Shown here: piece after piece, positions 46,082 through 54,123 of the stretch
How the letters are laid out: the number at the start of each line of letters is the position of its first letter
How positions within the stretch are numbered: position 1 is the stretch's first letter
Origin: Thermoproteota archaeon
GTDB lineage: Archaea > Thermoproteota > EX4484-205 > JAAOZP01
DNA length: 60,666 bases
Direction: 5' to 3'
Assembly: GCA_038867695.1 (NCBI GenBank)
Contig: JAWBXT010000002.1
Coordinates: 1-60,666 of the forward strand
The notes under the pieces: model-generated
Told to the model about the DNA's origin: nothing
The model's input: the letters and a program-made list of their open reading frames with translations, nothing else
The model's database searches: none
Made by a program: the position numbers and the translations under genes

Positions 46082-46642
46082 ATGGCTGTTAAAAACAAGG
46101 ATGAAAGCTGTAAGAGGCAGCAGAGTAAAGTATCGTTACCGCTTCTCCACACTAAGTGGGGGCTGTTTCCTATTACGGTACTAACTTTTTCCCTAGTTTT
46201 CCTAGTTTCCTCAACAATTCCTGTTGAAAGAAGTTTAGCTGAGGATATAGTTGCTTCTCTCGAGGAATCTACAAGCTTAAGTATGCTTGAAGTTTTTGAA
46301 TACGGTCTATTATCAAGTCTAATTATGATGATACCCATATTCGGTTTCATATTCAGCATGTTTCTATCTTCTGTTAATGGTATGGCTGCATCCGCTATTT
46401 CAGTTATAACCAATTCGAATCCGCTAGATATTGCGGTAAACTATATCTCGAATACGGGAGTCATACTGGAGTTTCTTGCCTTCGGTTTAGCTTCTGCACA
46501 GGGACTTGCTGGATTCTTCGCTATAGTTGAGAAAAGAGTTAGAAGGGAGCTTAAAGAGTATTTGATAACGGTCCTCATCGTAATAGGCCTACTGCTTGCA
46601 GCCATCTCATTAGAGGTATTTCAAACAACCGTTTACCCATGA
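46082..46642 (+). CDS. Membrane protein, SpoIIM/DUF95-like
   Basis: 4-5 TM helices. The overlapping minus-strand ORF 46072-46413 is judged spurious. Confidence 0.5.
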   Translation: MAVKNKDESCKRQQSKVSLPLLHTKWGLFPITVLTFSLVFLVSSTIPVERSLAEDIVASLEESTSLSMLEVFEYGLLSSLIMMIPIFGFIFSMFLSSVNGMAASAISVITNSNPLDIAVNYISNTGVILEFLAFGLASAQGLAGFFAIVEKRVRRELKEYLITVLIVIGLLLAAISLEVFQTTVYP

Positions 46643-47313
46643 TAAAAATGCTTTTTTCAGATCTAGACGGAACACTTGTTGAGGAGGAGAGCAGTTGGAG
46701 GCTCGTACATAGGTTTCTGGGCACTGATTACTTTGCTGCGAGAGCTTTGGAAAGGTTTTCCAGAGGGGAGATAAATTATGAGGAATTTGTCGTTCACGAT
46801 GTGAACCTTTGGCCCAGAAGGCTTCACAAATCTTTTTTCGAATACGTTTTCTCTAAAGTTAAGATAAGAGAAGAGGCTAAAAGTCTATTTAAACAGCTTA
46901 AGGAACTAGGTATTAATAGAATTATAGTTACAAGTGGGCTCAACGTGTTAGCAGAAAAAGTAAGTAGAGAATTAGATGCAGACGAATGCATTTCCAACGA
47001 GATGTTTTTTGACGAAAAAGGGTTCTTCACGGGTATTGTTAAGATTAACGTGGACCCTTCTAAGAAATCTCGGATTCTGAGGAAAATATGTAGAAAATAT
47101 TCTATTCCCCTAAGCGAAACAGTCGCGATCGGCGACAGCGTATATGACAAGAGCATGTTTCAAGTTGCTGGCTTTTCAATATTATACGCAAAACAGAAAA
47201 TTCCCCCAAAGATATATGGGGTACATCGAGTTGTGGATAATCTTGAAGAAGCGGCACGTATCCTAATAGGCCTTATCGAAAAAGAAAAGGGGGAAAATTG
47301 CCCTATTTTTTAG
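46639..47313 (+). CDS. HAD-superfamily phosphatase (phosphoserine-phosphatase-like, subfamily IB)
   Basis: Motif I FSDLDGTL, motif II VTSG, motif III/IV K...GDSVYD. Confidence 0.75.
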   Translation: MIKMLFSDLDGTLVEEESSWRLVHRFLGTDYFAARALERFSRGEINYEEFVVHDVNLWPRRLHKSFFEYVFSKVKIREEAKSLFKQLKELGINRIIVTSGLNVLAEKVSRELDADECISNEMFFDEKGFFTGIVKINVDPSKKSRILRKICRKYSIPLSETVAIGDSVYDKSMFQVAGFSILYAKQKIPPKIYGVHRVVDNLEEAARILIGLIEKEKGENCPIF

Positions 47314-47470
47314 CCTTTTTAGCCTTTTTGGCTTTTTTAGCCTTTTTAGCCTTTTTAGCCTTAGGCTTTGCTTTGGCTTTTTTAGCCGGCTTCTTCGGAG
47401 GCGGCGAGGGCGCGGCTTCAGGAGCTGCAGGTGCTGCAGCGGCTTCTCCACCAGTACCTACTTCACTCAT
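47303..47470 (-). CDS. Very small Lys/Ala/Pro-rich basic protein (H1-tail-like); 55 aa from M9, or 63 aa from the first ATG
   Basis: MSEVGTGGEAAAAPAAPEAAPSPPPKKPAKKAKAKPKAKKAKKAKKAKKAKKAKK. TATA TTTATATA at 47497-47504 favours the ATG at 47470. Confidence 0.5.
   Translation of the reverse strand: MSEVGTGGEAAAAPAAPEAAPSPPPKKPAKKAKAKPKAKKAKKAKKAKKAKKAKK
47311..47364. repeat. Six tandem copies of a 9-bp unit (TAGCCTTTT and variants) encoding the (AKK)n tail
   Basis: Direct reading: tagcctttt tagcctttt tggcttttt tagcctttt tagcctttt tagccttag. Confidence 0.9.
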
Positions 47471-47527
47471 AATGGATATTTTCATTTCAGTCATATATAA
47501 ATCTTTAACACAATTCTTAATTCCTAC

Positions 47528-48088
47528 TCATCTCTTATTCTCCAGAGCTTCGATTATGAGCAAGGCTGTTTCTTCGAACGAAATCTTCGAAGTGTTTATC
47601 ATCAAGTCATAAAGCAATGGGTCCCTCCAATTTCTGTGGAAAAGCTTTTCTACTAAACTACTCCTGTCTATATCGGAGGCTTTAATATCTTCCTCGATCT
47701 GTCTAAGTTCCTCGGACTTCCTTTTTTCGGCAAGATGCTTCAACCTATCTTTAAAATCCCTGTACAAGAATACTTTCAGGTCAGCCTCATGGCTTAAGGC
47801 CATCAGGGCGCTTCTTCCCTCTATTATAGCTGGACCGTTGTTCACGATATCCAGGACCATACTGTAAAGAACCTTTTCTATCTCTATTTCTCCCGAGACG
47901 GATTTCTCGACAAGAGCTTTAAAGCTCAAAGTAGGTGAAGACACTAGGTTTCTTATAAACTTCTCAGTATTATGGACTTCTAGACCAAGTTTCTTAGAGA
48001 GCAATTCCCCAACCTCTGTACAGCCAGCCCCCAATTCGCCGGCGATCAGAATAACCGGTCTACCCTTACTCATTTCTACTTGCATCAA
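47528..48088 (-). CDS. Cytidylate-kinase-like family protein with a degenerate P-loop
   Basis: ILIAGELGAGCTEVGELLSKKLGL in place of GxxGxGKT. Size and layout match archaeal Cmk or cytidylate_kin2. Confidence 0.6.
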   Translation of the reverse strand: MMQVEMSKGRPVILIAGELGAGCTEVGELLSKKLGLEVHNTEKFIRNLVSSPTLSFKALVEKSVSGEIEIEKVLYSMVLDIVNNGPAIIEGRSALMALSHEADLKVFLYRDFKDRLKHLAEKRKSEELRQIEEDIKASDIDRSSLVEKLFHRNWRDPLLYDLMINTSKISFEETALLIIEALENKR

Positions 48089-48116
48089 TTAATGCTTTTT
48101 TTTAAACATTTCTTCC

Positions 48117-48569
48117 TCATGCTCTTTTCTTAATATACCTCCTTACAGTTAGCAGCCCTAGTAGCAGGTATACAGCTATGAAGTAAGGCGATAAAAGAAC
48201 ATGATTCACTGAATAGTTCAGGTATATTACTGTCTCACTGTCTGCTCTGAACTCTAACGTACGTTTACTGTTATTAACGCTCTCAAGCCTGTACCAGAAT
48301 CCATAGTCACCAACAACTTCCGGTTCTCCAGTGATCCATAAACTACTGCCCTTAGGAACTTGAAAAACCAAGGCTTTAGATGAATTAACCTTCAGTTCAA
48401 TCCCGTATATGCTCGAAGAACCGTTAACATATACCCTGAAACTAGGTCTTGAAAGCGGGTCCCAAGACGATACTTTAAGAACTACAGTAACATTAACCAT
48501 TTCAACCTCACCTACTGGTTTCGAAGACATTAACAGCGTTATGATCGTCAATACTCCAGCTATATTCAA
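48117..48569 (-). CDS. Hypothetical protein with N-terminal signal/anchor and C-terminal TM helix
   Basis: Hydrophobic N- and C-termini, beta-rich middle with N-x-S/T sequons. Confidence 0.5.
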   Translation of the reverse strand: MNIAGVLTIITLLMSSKPVGEVEMVNVTVVLKVSSWDPLSRPSFRVYVNGSSSIYGIELKVNSSKALVFQVPKGSSLWITGEPEVVGDYGFWYRLESVNNSKRTLEFRADSETVIYLNYSVNHVLLSPYFIAVYLLLGLLTVRRYIKKRA

Positions 48570-48631
48570 CGCGTCTTATAATCTGAACTTCAATATAATC
48601 CTTATTTTTACCCTAAGAGGATTAAGAATAG

Positions 48632-49270
48632 ATGCAAGAGCCTAATGTAGCTATCCTATCGAGGCTTTTGAAAAGGCTTTTAGAAAAAGGCTTAACAATA
48701 GGTAGAGAAGAAGCTATAGAATACCAGGAGTATTTAAAACCGCTTTTAATCAACGGGGTTATTATAGAGGGTAAAGAGGGCTTCAAAGCGCTTCCGGAGT
48801 GTTGTCTAATCCTTCTCCAGAAATTAGTTAAATCAGGAGTTTATTTGGAGAATGTTTTGAAAGAAGTTAATTGGAGAGGGTTTGAAAGGATTATTGCAGA
48901 AGTATTTTGGCTTCAGGGCTTCAAAGTTAAGGAGCATTTCAGATTTCATGTAGAGGGAGTTAGAAGGGAAATAGACATCCTAGTTGAGACGCCGATGTTC
49001 TTTATCTCAATAGACTGTAAGCAATGGATTAGGAGAAACTATAACCTCCATTCAGCTTGTAAGCTTCAATTTAAAAGGTCGCTGCTGTTTTCCAAATACC
49101 TTATTAAAAAGGGCATCGGGAAGGAAGTCTACCCTCTTATTATTACTTTCTTAGATTCTGAAATCAGACTCTTAAACAATTGCCTAGTCATACCTGTTTG
49201 GAAAGTGGGAGAGATAGCGAAGACTCCAGAGATACTAAGAACCTTGGGGAACCCTGTAACACTATTCTAA
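48632..49270 (+). CDS. PD-(D/E)xK nuclease-fold protein (Mrr-like catalytic domain) with N-terminal helical/WH region
   Basis: WRGFERIIAEVFWLQGF...REIDILVE...ISIDCKQW resembles the Mrr_cat motif pattern. Confidence 0.55.
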   Translation: MQEPNVAILSRLLKRLLEKGLTIGREEAIEYQEYLKPLLINGVIIEGKEGFKALPECCLILLQKLVKSGVYLENVLKEVNWRGFERIIAEVFWLQGFKVKEHFRFHVEGVRREIDILVETPMFFISIDCKQWIRRNYNLHSACKLQFKRSLLFSKYLIKKGIGKEVYPLIITFLDSEIRLLNNCLVIPVWKVGEIAKTPEILRTLGNPVTLF

Positions 49271-49960
49271 GACCCACATTTCTCTTGATCTTGGCAGGAA
49301 CAATAGCTTTGCCTTCATTATTAGCTTCTTCTCATCTAAGGAACCGTCTGCGAGCAAGATATCGCCATGAATTATGGGTATGTTTGCGTCAGCCATGATC
49401 TTGAATATTCTGAATCCATTGTTAAAATCGAATATGGTAAGACATTCTCCAGCTTCCTTATTGTATTTCCCCATCATACCTGTCTTTACCGGGATGTCTA
49501 GAGAAAAGTTCTTCCTACTCCTAATTATTATCCCCTCAACCTTCCCCACGAACCATTCTCCAGCCAACCCAGGGATCCCTGCGAGTCTATCTTCAACCGC
49601 TAGAGTCAGCTCTCTGCTGGGTATGTCTATCTCAAGGATATACTCGGTTCCAACAATTGGTTTTAACAGTTCCACAGGAACCAGGGTTTTAATGACGGGT
49701 TTAACAAAGGGTAAGGCAATAGAATTAGCCAGGGCCCTACTTATTGCTATAGAGTCGTCTTCTAAGAGCTCAGTAGCCTCTAGGGGAGGACCTTTCTGCA
49801 CCCCATACTTGTTGGGGAGGAATGCTTGAAGAGTCTTAAGATCTATCTGCTTATTCGGTTCGTAAATTAGTAATAGTTCAGCTAGACCTACTGATCTATA
49901 CTCCTTCTTAACGAAGCCAAGTAATTCGCCTCCATGCATAACCGGAGATCCCTCAACCAT
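49262..49960 (-). CDS. Hypothetical protein (232 aa)
   Basis: Long ORF; no recognisable motif. Confidence 0.5.
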   Translation of the reverse strand: MVEGSPVMHGGELLGFVKKEYRSVGLAELLLIYEPNKQIDLKTLQAFLPNKYGVQKGPPLEATELLEDDSIAISRALANSIALPFVKPVIKTLVPVELLKPIVGTEYILEIDIPSRELTLAVEDRLAGIPGLAGEWFVGKVEGIIIRSRKNFSLDIPVKTGMMGKYNKEAGECLTIFDFNNGFRIFKIMADANIPIIHGDILLADGSLDEKKLIMKAKLLFLPRSREMWVLE

Positions 49961-50033
49961 GATTTCCGCAACTGGTTGAGGATTATTAACGGTTTTCTTT
50001 TATATTATAAAATACTTCGAGCTTTAGGCAGCC

Positions 50034-50798
50034 TTAAAGGAATAAGTCTCTCTTTCTGGGTCTCAAAATACTCTTAACCCCCAGCTCCGCAAAATCATAT
50101 CTATATCCTTTTATTAATGCTCCTATGTTTCCCTCGGAAGCGCTTCCGGTAACGAGCTCGCTTGCAGCAGCTAACTCGTCAACAATAGCCATACGCTTGA
50201 ACCTTAAAACATATCCGTAGAGGTCCCTACTCCCCCTAAGGTCCTTGATTGGAGCTATCCCGGAGCATCCTATGGCCATGTTAACCTGGCCTATTCTGAA
50301 AGGCCTGTCGAAAGAATCAGTTATTATTACTCCTACGTTAACCTTTTCGTCAAGAAACTGTCTTCTTATCATCCTAGCAATCTTATCCGGGTTCCTTGGA
50401 TGATAAGCCATGCTTAAACCACCGTCCACGTTAGAGATGTCAACCCCCGAATTGGCACATATTATCCCACTTCGAGTCCTTGTTATAAGGCGGCTTCCAA
50501 CAAGCCTTATTACATCCTTACTTTCTCTTAGAATAATCTCAACTTCTTCAGGGGGTTTACGTAACCTGTCAGCTAGTGCTAAGGCTAGCGGGCTTGGCTT
50601 AACTTGTTTAAAACTTATTATGCAACCCGTCGATTTAGATACTGCAACGTGAGTTAGAGTAACTATGTCCCCATCCTCCACCTTAACGCCTTCTTTCCCA
50701 AGGGACTCTATCGTTATCTTAGCCAGGTTATCGCCCCTCTTTATAGTCTTATTGTACTTTATGCCGAAAATCCTGACTTCCCTCAACCCCTTTTCCAT
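50034..50798 (-). CDS. cofE: Coenzyme F420-0:L-glutamate ligase (CofE family)
   Basis: GDIVTLTHVAVSKSTG, ANSGVDISNV, VIITDSFDRPFRIGQVNMAIG, DELAAASELV. Confidence 0.8.
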   Translation of the reverse strand: MEKGLREVRIFGIKYNKTIKRGDNLAKITIESLGKEGVKVEDGDIVTLTHVAVSKSTGCIISFKQVKPSPLALALADRLRKPPEEVEIILRESKDVIRLVGSRLITRTRSGIICANSGVDISNVDGGLSMAYHPRNPDKIARMIRRQFLDEKVNVGVIITDSFDRPFRIGQVNMAIGCSGIAPIKDLRGSRDLYGYVLRFKRMAIVDELAAASELVTGSASEGNIGALIKGYRYDFAELGVKSILRPRKRDLFL

Positions 50799-51403
50799 AC
50801 CTCCCCAAGAATTTTCTCTACCATTTGTATATCGGATGCTCGCGTAATCCTTACGCTTGATAGCAACATGGGATCAAGGTCTTTCATTGTGGAGTAGGCT
50901 ATGTACATGACTCTTCTAAGCCTCTCAATAACATCATTCATATCTCTCAGCCCTCCAGCCCCAATAGCACCGAGGAGGCTCCTCCTATTATAGGCTGACA
51001 GAAACCAGTCAACATCCCCCCTAATATTCCTAGTCAAGACAGCATCTCTCTTCTCGCATAGCTCTGTTAAAAGAGCAAGTATGTCAATCGGTATCAGGGG
51101 GGCATTCGCAGGGGCAGTGATGACTATATCTCCATTAACCACGCTCAACCCCTCCTCAAGGATGCTCAGCGTATCTCCAGAGTTACTGATTTCAACAAGT
51201 CTACACTCGTTGAATCCATGCTCTGAAATAACCTTGTCATAAATATCCTGCGAACCTTTAGATACTGCTAAAACAACCTCTTCCGTAACTTCTCCAATAT
51301 TCCTGACAACATGTAGGAAAACAGGGTATTCTCCAATCTTATTGAGTTCAACGAAGCTCTCGCCGCCATAACCTAATGCTAAAACTAGGCCGCTTGTTCT
51401 CAA
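50783..51403 (-). CDS. MobA/CofC-like nucleotidyltransferase
   Basis: Rossmann-like NTP-transferase layout (LVLALGYGG..., ITAPANAPLI). Overlaps cofE. Confidence 0.5.
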   Translation of the reverse strand: MRTSGLVLALGYGGESFVELNKIGEYPVFLHVVRNIGEVTEEVVLAVSKGSQDIYDKVISEHGFNECRLVEISNSGDTLSILEEGLSVVNGDIVITAPANAPLIPIDILALLTELCEKRDAVLTRNIRGDVDWFLSAYNRRSLLGAIGAGGLRDMNDVIERLRRVMYIAYSTMKDLDPMLLSSVRITRASDIQMVEKILGEVWKRG

Positions 51404-52239
51404 CTCCTTCCAGCCTCCATCAAATGCTCTATCAACTCGCGTGCAACATTAAGCCTCAAACTTTCTTCAACACCCTTGAAATCCGGTTGAGAATTAACAT
51501 CCAATATAAAGGCATTGCCGTCCTTAATAGATATGTCTACGCCGGCAAACTCGCATCTTACAGCGGCGGATGCCTTAACAGCAAGTTCCTCGATTTCTCC
51601 ACTCGCTTCAAAACTGCTTCCAACTCCACCTTGAGATATGTTTGTAACATGTTTATCAGAAGTTCTCTTCATTACTGCTATTACACGTCCTCCTAATACC
51701 AGTATCCTAAGGTCCCAATTCCCTTCTCTCACACAAGACTGGGCTATCCAGGCTCCATGACTATTTTTAAAATCAAGGTCTTCAAGGTCTTTGATAAACC
51801 TGATTCCTCTCCCCCTTGAACCATAGGTTGGTTTTAAGAAGAAAGGAGAGCTCATTTCTATGAGTCTGTTTTTCGAGGGAGAGAGAATAGAATCCGGTAA
51901 GGGGAGGCCGTTTAATAAAAGGTTTCTATAAGTAATTACTTTGTCAAGAGTATTCAAATATCCTTGGAAAGAGTTCAGCACGTAAAAACCCTCTTCCTCA
52001 AGGATCTTGGTGAGGAATACTGCGTAAAGCATTATTGGGCTGAGCAGCGTCTTAGGCCTTGAGAAAACACTTTTAACCTTGCTGTCGAAGACTCTTAACA
52101 AGGTTTCCCTCCTCTTCATTAAAATCGCAGTATTCTTGAAATCCACTACTCGACAAGAAACCCCCTGCTTACTGGCTTCTTCCAATAACCGCGTTGAGGA
52201 ATATGAAAACGGTTTATGTGTTAAAACTGCTATTTCCAA
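51400..52239 (-). CDS. RimK-type ATP-grasp ligase (alpha-L-glutamate ligase family; CofF/MptN-like)
   Basis: FLKPTYGSRGRGI, WIAQS, GGVGSS, FAGVDI...ILDVNSQP. Confidence 0.75.
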   Translation of the reverse strand: MEIAVLTHKPFSYSSTRLLEEASKQGVSCRVVDFKNTAILMKRRETLLRVFDSKVKSVFSRPKTLLSPIMLYAVFLTKILEEEGFYVLNSFQGYLNTLDKVITYRNLLLNGLPLPDSILSPSKNRLIEMSSPFFLKPTYGSRGRGIRFIKDLEDLDFKNSHGAWIAQSCVREGNWDLRILVLGGRVIAVMKRTSDKHVTNISQGGVGSSFEASGEIEELAVKASAAVRCEFAGVDISIKDGNAFILDVNSQPDFKGVEESLRLNVARELIEHLMEAGRS

Positions 52240-52266
52240 CCTGCTTCAAACGCTTCACACCCAGAT

Positions 52267-52872
52267 TTAAGCTTGATGTATAAGCAGCTCTAAAAGAACT
52301 GAGCCCAGGGCCCTTAAAGCCGAGCCTTTGCTTTCCCCGCCTACAATAATTATTGAATCCCCGTCTTGAGGGCTCATTTCACATATCTTGCCGTAATCGC
52401 TACTAGAGACTGATTTAAGGTCTTCAACTACATATGGTATTTCAACACGCCCCTCTTTGTAAGAAAGGAGAACAGCACCAGTTCCGCCTAGTCTAATAAC
52501 CATGTCTCTAATCCTCAATATTTCAGATATCTTCATACCCCTTAGTATGGCAGCATAATTTATTTTCCCAACCGACAAGTACTCTAAGCTAATCCTGCAA
52601 ATCCTAGGCACAAAAACCATTATTTTCCTAAGCATGCTCAAGCCCTTTTTCGTCAACTTGCTCCCCGCTCTGGAAGTAGATACTAATCCGTGTTTTTTCA
52701 TATACTTCACTATGCTTTTCACAGACCCCTCCCCTAAGCCTAAAAGCTCCTTAAGCTTAGACCTCGATAAACCCTCTTCAGCATAGAACAGGATTAAAAG
52801 AATATGTCCAATGTTAAAATCCTTAGGGTGCTTTTCAAACTCCTTTTCCATCTTTCTTAAAACCAGTTCCAC
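52267..52872 (-). CDS. wHTH protein with C-terminal ligand-domain-like half (DUF4443-like)
   Basis: N-terminal wHTH (LSRSKLKELLGLGEGSVKSIVKYMKKHGLV). Confidence 0.45.
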   Translation of the reverse strand: MELVLRKMEKEFEKHPKDFNIGHILLILFYAEEGLSRSKLKELLGLGEGSVKSIVKYMKKHGLVSTSRAGSKLTKKGLSMLRKIMVFVPRICRISLEYLSVGKINYAAILRGMKISEILRIRDMVIRLGGTGAVLLSYKEGRVEIPYVVEDLKSVSSSDYGKICEMSPQDGDSIIIVGGESKGSALRALGSVLLELLIHQA

Positions 52873-52904
52873 GCTAAGTCATAATGGTCTTCTCTAGAAA
52901 AACT

Positions 52905-53408
52905 TTAAGGCTTCCCCGGTGGCCAACTGCTCGTATCAACGAGATACCACGCTAACACGTCACCATCTTTTAAAAAGTAGGACTCGCAGCCAGTTTCGCC
53001 CATAACCCAATCTTTTTCCACAGGGTTCCATCTATACCAAATCCAATAGTAAGCGTCGTGGGAGCTTGCACCATTTATGCCCATTATGAATACTCCAAAA
53101 GGATAAGTCTGGTAGTCAACTCTACCGTTTGTTAAATGGATTGTTGCGTTGAAAAGCGACCAGCCTACGGGGATCCTCGTGTTGTTAAACCATGTTTTAG
53201 TACCATTATCATACTTTATGAGTATGTTCACACTATTAGTTATGCCCTCAATACTTTTTAGCAGCTCTGAATAAGCTTTTTCCCTGTCATTCAACTGCAT
53301 TTTTAAATTAACCACAAACAAGGCTTCTCCTATAACTATTGCTAAGAGAAATACTGTTGCAACAAACCATATACTCCGCGGGAACCTCATCTTGGATAAA
53401 ATATCCAA
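52905..53408 (-). CDS. Membrane-anchored DUF4430-like protein
   Basis: N-terminal TM helix, then ...GINGASSHDAYYWIWYRWN...YFLKDGDVLAWY, characteristic of DUF4430. Confidence 0.6.
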   Translation of the reverse strand: MDILSKMRFPRSIWFVATVFLLAIVIGEALFVVNLKMQLNDREKAYSELLKSIEGITNSVNILIKYDNGTKTWFNNTRIPVGWSLFNATIHLTNGRVDYQTYPFGVFIMGINGASSHDAYYWIWYRWNPVEKDWVMGETGCESYFLKDGDVLAWYLVDTSSWPPGKP

Positions 53409-53430
53409 GTTTTCTCTTCTATTTAAATTT

Positions 53431-54003
53431 TTATTCTCTTACTTGTTTCATTATCCTGTAGATTACTGGTGTAGCTAAAGGAAAGAAAAATGCATTGGAA
53501 ACCTCATGAATTAATCCCATGGGCATGGGGAAATTCATTGTAAGCAACCCCATAATAATGGATCCGTAAAAAATATATCCGACAAAACTGTTTGTTATTA
53601 TGTCATAAATAAGAGTCGAGAAAAATCCTAATGAACTAAGAAATAGGGAATCATGGAAGCTTATTTTATCCCATTGTGATTTCACGCTTGAAGCAATTTT
53701 AGAGAAGAGAACATAAACCATCTCGCTAAGAGTGACTACTATCAAAGTTGGCAGACTGAAGCCCAAAGGATTTAAAGTTCCGTAAACTATCCATATGATT
53801 ATTGCTAGAGTTGCTCCAAACTTTACTCCCATTACGAGGCTGGATGCGAAGATTATAACGTCCATAAGCTTAACGTTTGGAAAGCCTAGTAGAACGTAGT
53901 TTGAAGAAAGAGCTAAAGCTGATAGCAGTGATAATAAAGCAACGCTTCTCGTAAACATTTTAGACTTCTCGAGCTTTTCGTTCATCATGGATATTTTATC
54001 CAA
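53431..54003 (-). CDS. ECF-transporter S-component-like membrane protein
   Basis: About 6 TM helices. Adjacent to a DUF4430 gene, a common pairing. Confidence 0.5.
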   Translation of the reverse strand: MDKISMMNEKLEKSKMFTRSVALLSLLSALALSSNYVLLGFPNVKLMDVIIFASSLVMGVKFGATLAIIIWIVYGTLNPLGFSLPTLIVVTLSEMVYVLFSKIASSVKSQWDKISFHDSLFLSSLGFFSTLIYDIITNSFVGYIFYGSIIMGLLTMNFPMPMGLIHEVSNAFFFPLATPVIYRIMKQVRE

Positions 54004-54123
54004 GTTATTATTAAAGCCTTTTAAACTTTGAGATTAAAAGATTAGGGATCCAATTAATAGCCGTGTTTTTAATCAACAAAAGTTTATAAATGGTAAAATT
54101 TAAAATACACAGAACCTTTTAAT

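Noticed and set aside
46072-46413. Minus-strand ORF 46072-46413
   Set aside because: It overlaps the plus-strand multi-TM ORF 46082-46642, which has clear hydrophobic-helix periodicity and is coupled to the downstream HAD gene (ATGA overlap).
47263-47612. Other frames over the 9-bp repeats (plus-strand FLAFLAFLA... 47298-47612; minus-strand RLKRLKKPKRLK... 47263-47451), and the idea of a CRISPR or non-coding microsatellite
   Set aside because: The units are only 9 bp with no spacers, so this is not a CRISPR array. The plus-strand ORF runs antisense into the cmk-like gene. The AKK frame has a plausible start, a TATA and a coherent composition. Frame choice remains unproven.
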